Origin: Candidatus Nealsonbacteria bacterium
GTDB taxonomy: Bacteria > Patescibacteriota > Minisyncoccia > Minisyncoccales > PWPS01
Assembly (NCBI GenBank): GCA_003557645.1
Contig: PWNV01000020.1
Coordinates: forward strand, 78,328-142,327
DNA length: 64,000 nt
Direction of reading: 5' to 3'
Under the pieces are notes generated by a model, which saw only the letters and a program-made list of their open reading frames with translations, was not told where the DNA came from and did no database searches. Below, one piece after another: positions 62,681 to 64,000 of this stretch. The translations under genes were made by a program, and so were the position numbers. The number at the start of each line of letters is the position of its first letter. Position 1 is the first letter of the stretch.

Positions 62681-63642
62681 TTTTTCTTTCCTATCAGTGT
62701 TTGCAAAATCTTTGTTACTGCAAGAAAACTTTCTTCGTCAATAATTGATATTGGTACAGCTTTTTTGTTTATTTTCTTGAATTTTTTAACTAAAGAAGCA
62801 ACAGCTTTTTCAGAAATCTCGTCTTTCTTGCTTATAAAAACATACTCATCCTTTTCCAGTAACTCTTTGTTGTGCATCTTGATTTCTTGCCGCACTGCTC
62901 TGTAGTCCTTGATCGGTGAAGACGAATCAGCTGCAACGAGGTGAAACAGAACCCTCGTTCGCTCTATATGTCTTAAAAATTTAAACCCAAGACCCTTTCC
63001 CTTTGAAGCCCCACTGATAAGCCCAGGGATATCAGCTATGATCAGTTCATTGTAAACTCCAAGATGTGGCTCCAGTGTTGTAAATCGATAATTAGCAACC
63101 TTGCTTTTTGCTCTAGTAAGCTCGTTTAGCAAACTAGATTTCCCAACATTAGGTAGTCCGATTAGACCTACGTCAGCGATCATTTTCAGTTCAAAGCGAA
63201 AGCAGAATGACTTCCCAGATCTTCCCTCTTCTGCTTCTTGAGGGCTGGTGTTAGTCGAGGAACGAAAGTGAAAATTTCCCCTCCCTCCTCTACCACCTCT
63301 TGCAAGCGTTTTTTCTTCATTAATTTTGGTTAACTCGGACACCTCTTCGGTATCAAGATTATAAATAACCGTTCCCACAGGAACATAAAGCCAGAGATCA
63401 TCTCCATTTTTCCCATCTTGATGCTGCGGACCTCCTGGCCTTCCGTCAGGTGCTCGGAACTCTTTCTGAAAACGAAATCTATCAAGAGCGCCAAGATCAG
63501 ATACTGCCCTAACACAAATGTCTCCCCCTTTACCTCCACTTCCTCCTGTTGGGCCAAGTGCTTTTGCTTCTCTATTAAAAAGAACAGCACCATCACCCCC
63601 TTTTCCTGCAGTCACTTTTATTTTTACATCATCAACAAGCAT
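62668..63642 (-). CDS. obg: GTPase Obg/CgtA
   Basis: Gly-rich Obg fold (GKGGDGAV...GGSGGKGGD) plus G-domain motifs GLPNVGKSS and DIPG. Confidence 0.9.
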   Translation of the reverse strand: MLVDDVKIKVTAGKGGDGAVLFNREAKALGPTGGSGGKGGDICVRAVSDLGALDRFRFQKEFRAPDGRPGGPQHQDGKNGDDLWLYVPVGTVIYNLDTEEVSELTKINEEKTLARGGRGGRGNFHFRSSTNTSPQEAEEGRSGKSFCFRFELKMIADVGLIGLPNVGKSSLLNELTRAKSKVANYRFTTLEPHLGVYNELIIADIPGLISGASKGKGLGFKFLRHIERTRVLFHLVAADSSSPIKDYRAVRQEIKMHNKELLEKDEYVFISKKDEISEKAVASLVKKFKKINKKAVPISIIDEESFLAVTKILQTLIGKKKWRS

Positions 63643-63738
63643 AATAATTTAATTTTATCACTGAAATCATGATATTGCCATAATATTGTAATATTTTTTT
63701 AAATGGAGTATACTCCTCACTATAATCTAACCTCATTT

Positions 63739-64000
63739 ATGAAAGATTTAAAAACAATTGTAAACTACTCTAAAAGTAAAGGATTCATCTTCCCTTCCTC
63801 GGAAATATACGGTGGCTTTTCTGCAATATACGACTTTGGTCCTCTTGGAACAGAGCTAAAAAACAATGTAAAGCACTTGTGGTGGAAGGAGATGGTATGG
63901 GAGAATAAGAACGTTGTTGGTCTTGATTCTTCCATTTTTATGCACCCTAAAATCTGGGAAGCAAGCGGGCATGTTTCTGGGTTTAGCGACCCTCTTGTTG
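63739..64000 (+). CDS. glyQS: glycine--tRNA ligase, N-terminal fragment (runs off the window)
   Basis: GFIFPSSEIYGGFSAIYDFGPLGTELKNNVK..WW is typical of dimeric GlyRS. Confidence 0.85.
   Translation, partial: MKDLKTIVNYSKSKGFIFPSSEIYGGFSAIYDFGPLGTELKNNVKHLWWKEMVWENKNVVGLDSSIFMHPKIWEASGHVSGFSDPLV

Noticed and set aside
1-64000. CRISPR arrays, rRNA genes, IS elements/transposases, integrases, and alternative genetic code (UGA recoding).
   Set aside because: No regularly spaced direct repeats, no rRNA-like conserved blocks and no DDE/tyrosine-recombinase-like ORFs were seen. Long uninterrupted ORFs under the standard code, together with a UGA-dependent prfB frameshift site, argue against recoding.

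Overview
AT-rich, very gene-dense bacterial chromosome segment. Hand counts of typical 60-nt samples give about 32-37% GC. I call about 85 protein genes, and all but 8 are on the minus strand. I also call 3 tRNAs (Gln-CUG, Thr-CGU, Gly-CCC) and an RNase P RNA that the ORF track mis-reads as a 91-aa ORF. The genetic code looks standard: ORFs are long, and prfB carries the classical UGA +1 frameshift site. Housekeeping genes present: def (two copies), pcm, hup, maf, ddl, ftsEX, prfB, lepA, murJ, proS, obg, glyQS (partial) and a frameshifted truB. Many other genes encode small secreted, membrane or hypothetical proteins. The gene content and small-protein style resemble a small-genome CPR/Patescibacteria-like anaerobe; this is inference only. 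Items most worth follow-up: (1) A divergent cluster at 31.0-34.9 kb holds two paralogous QueC-like PP-loop ATPases, a divergent thymidylate-synthase-fold enzyme, a CYTH protein and an archaeal-adenylate-kinase-like protein, with no other queuosine genes nearby. (2) A 1.26-kb stretch free of long ORFs (23.2-24.5 kb) contains a GC-rich multi-hairpin candidate RNA of unknown class and three Shine-Dalgarno-led micro-ORFs. (3) A GC-rich FISUMP-domain gene is bracketed by 75-80-nt direct repeats exactly 1200 nt apart, one of which includes the 3' end of tRNA-Gln. (4) Tandem Gre-factor-like paralogs share a 30-nt identical 3' hairpin, and each has its own complementary 5'UTR/3'UTR pair. (5) A cation/proton antiporter is fused to a methyltransferase domain. 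No CRISPR array, rRNA, transposase, integrase or reverse transcriptase was recognised.
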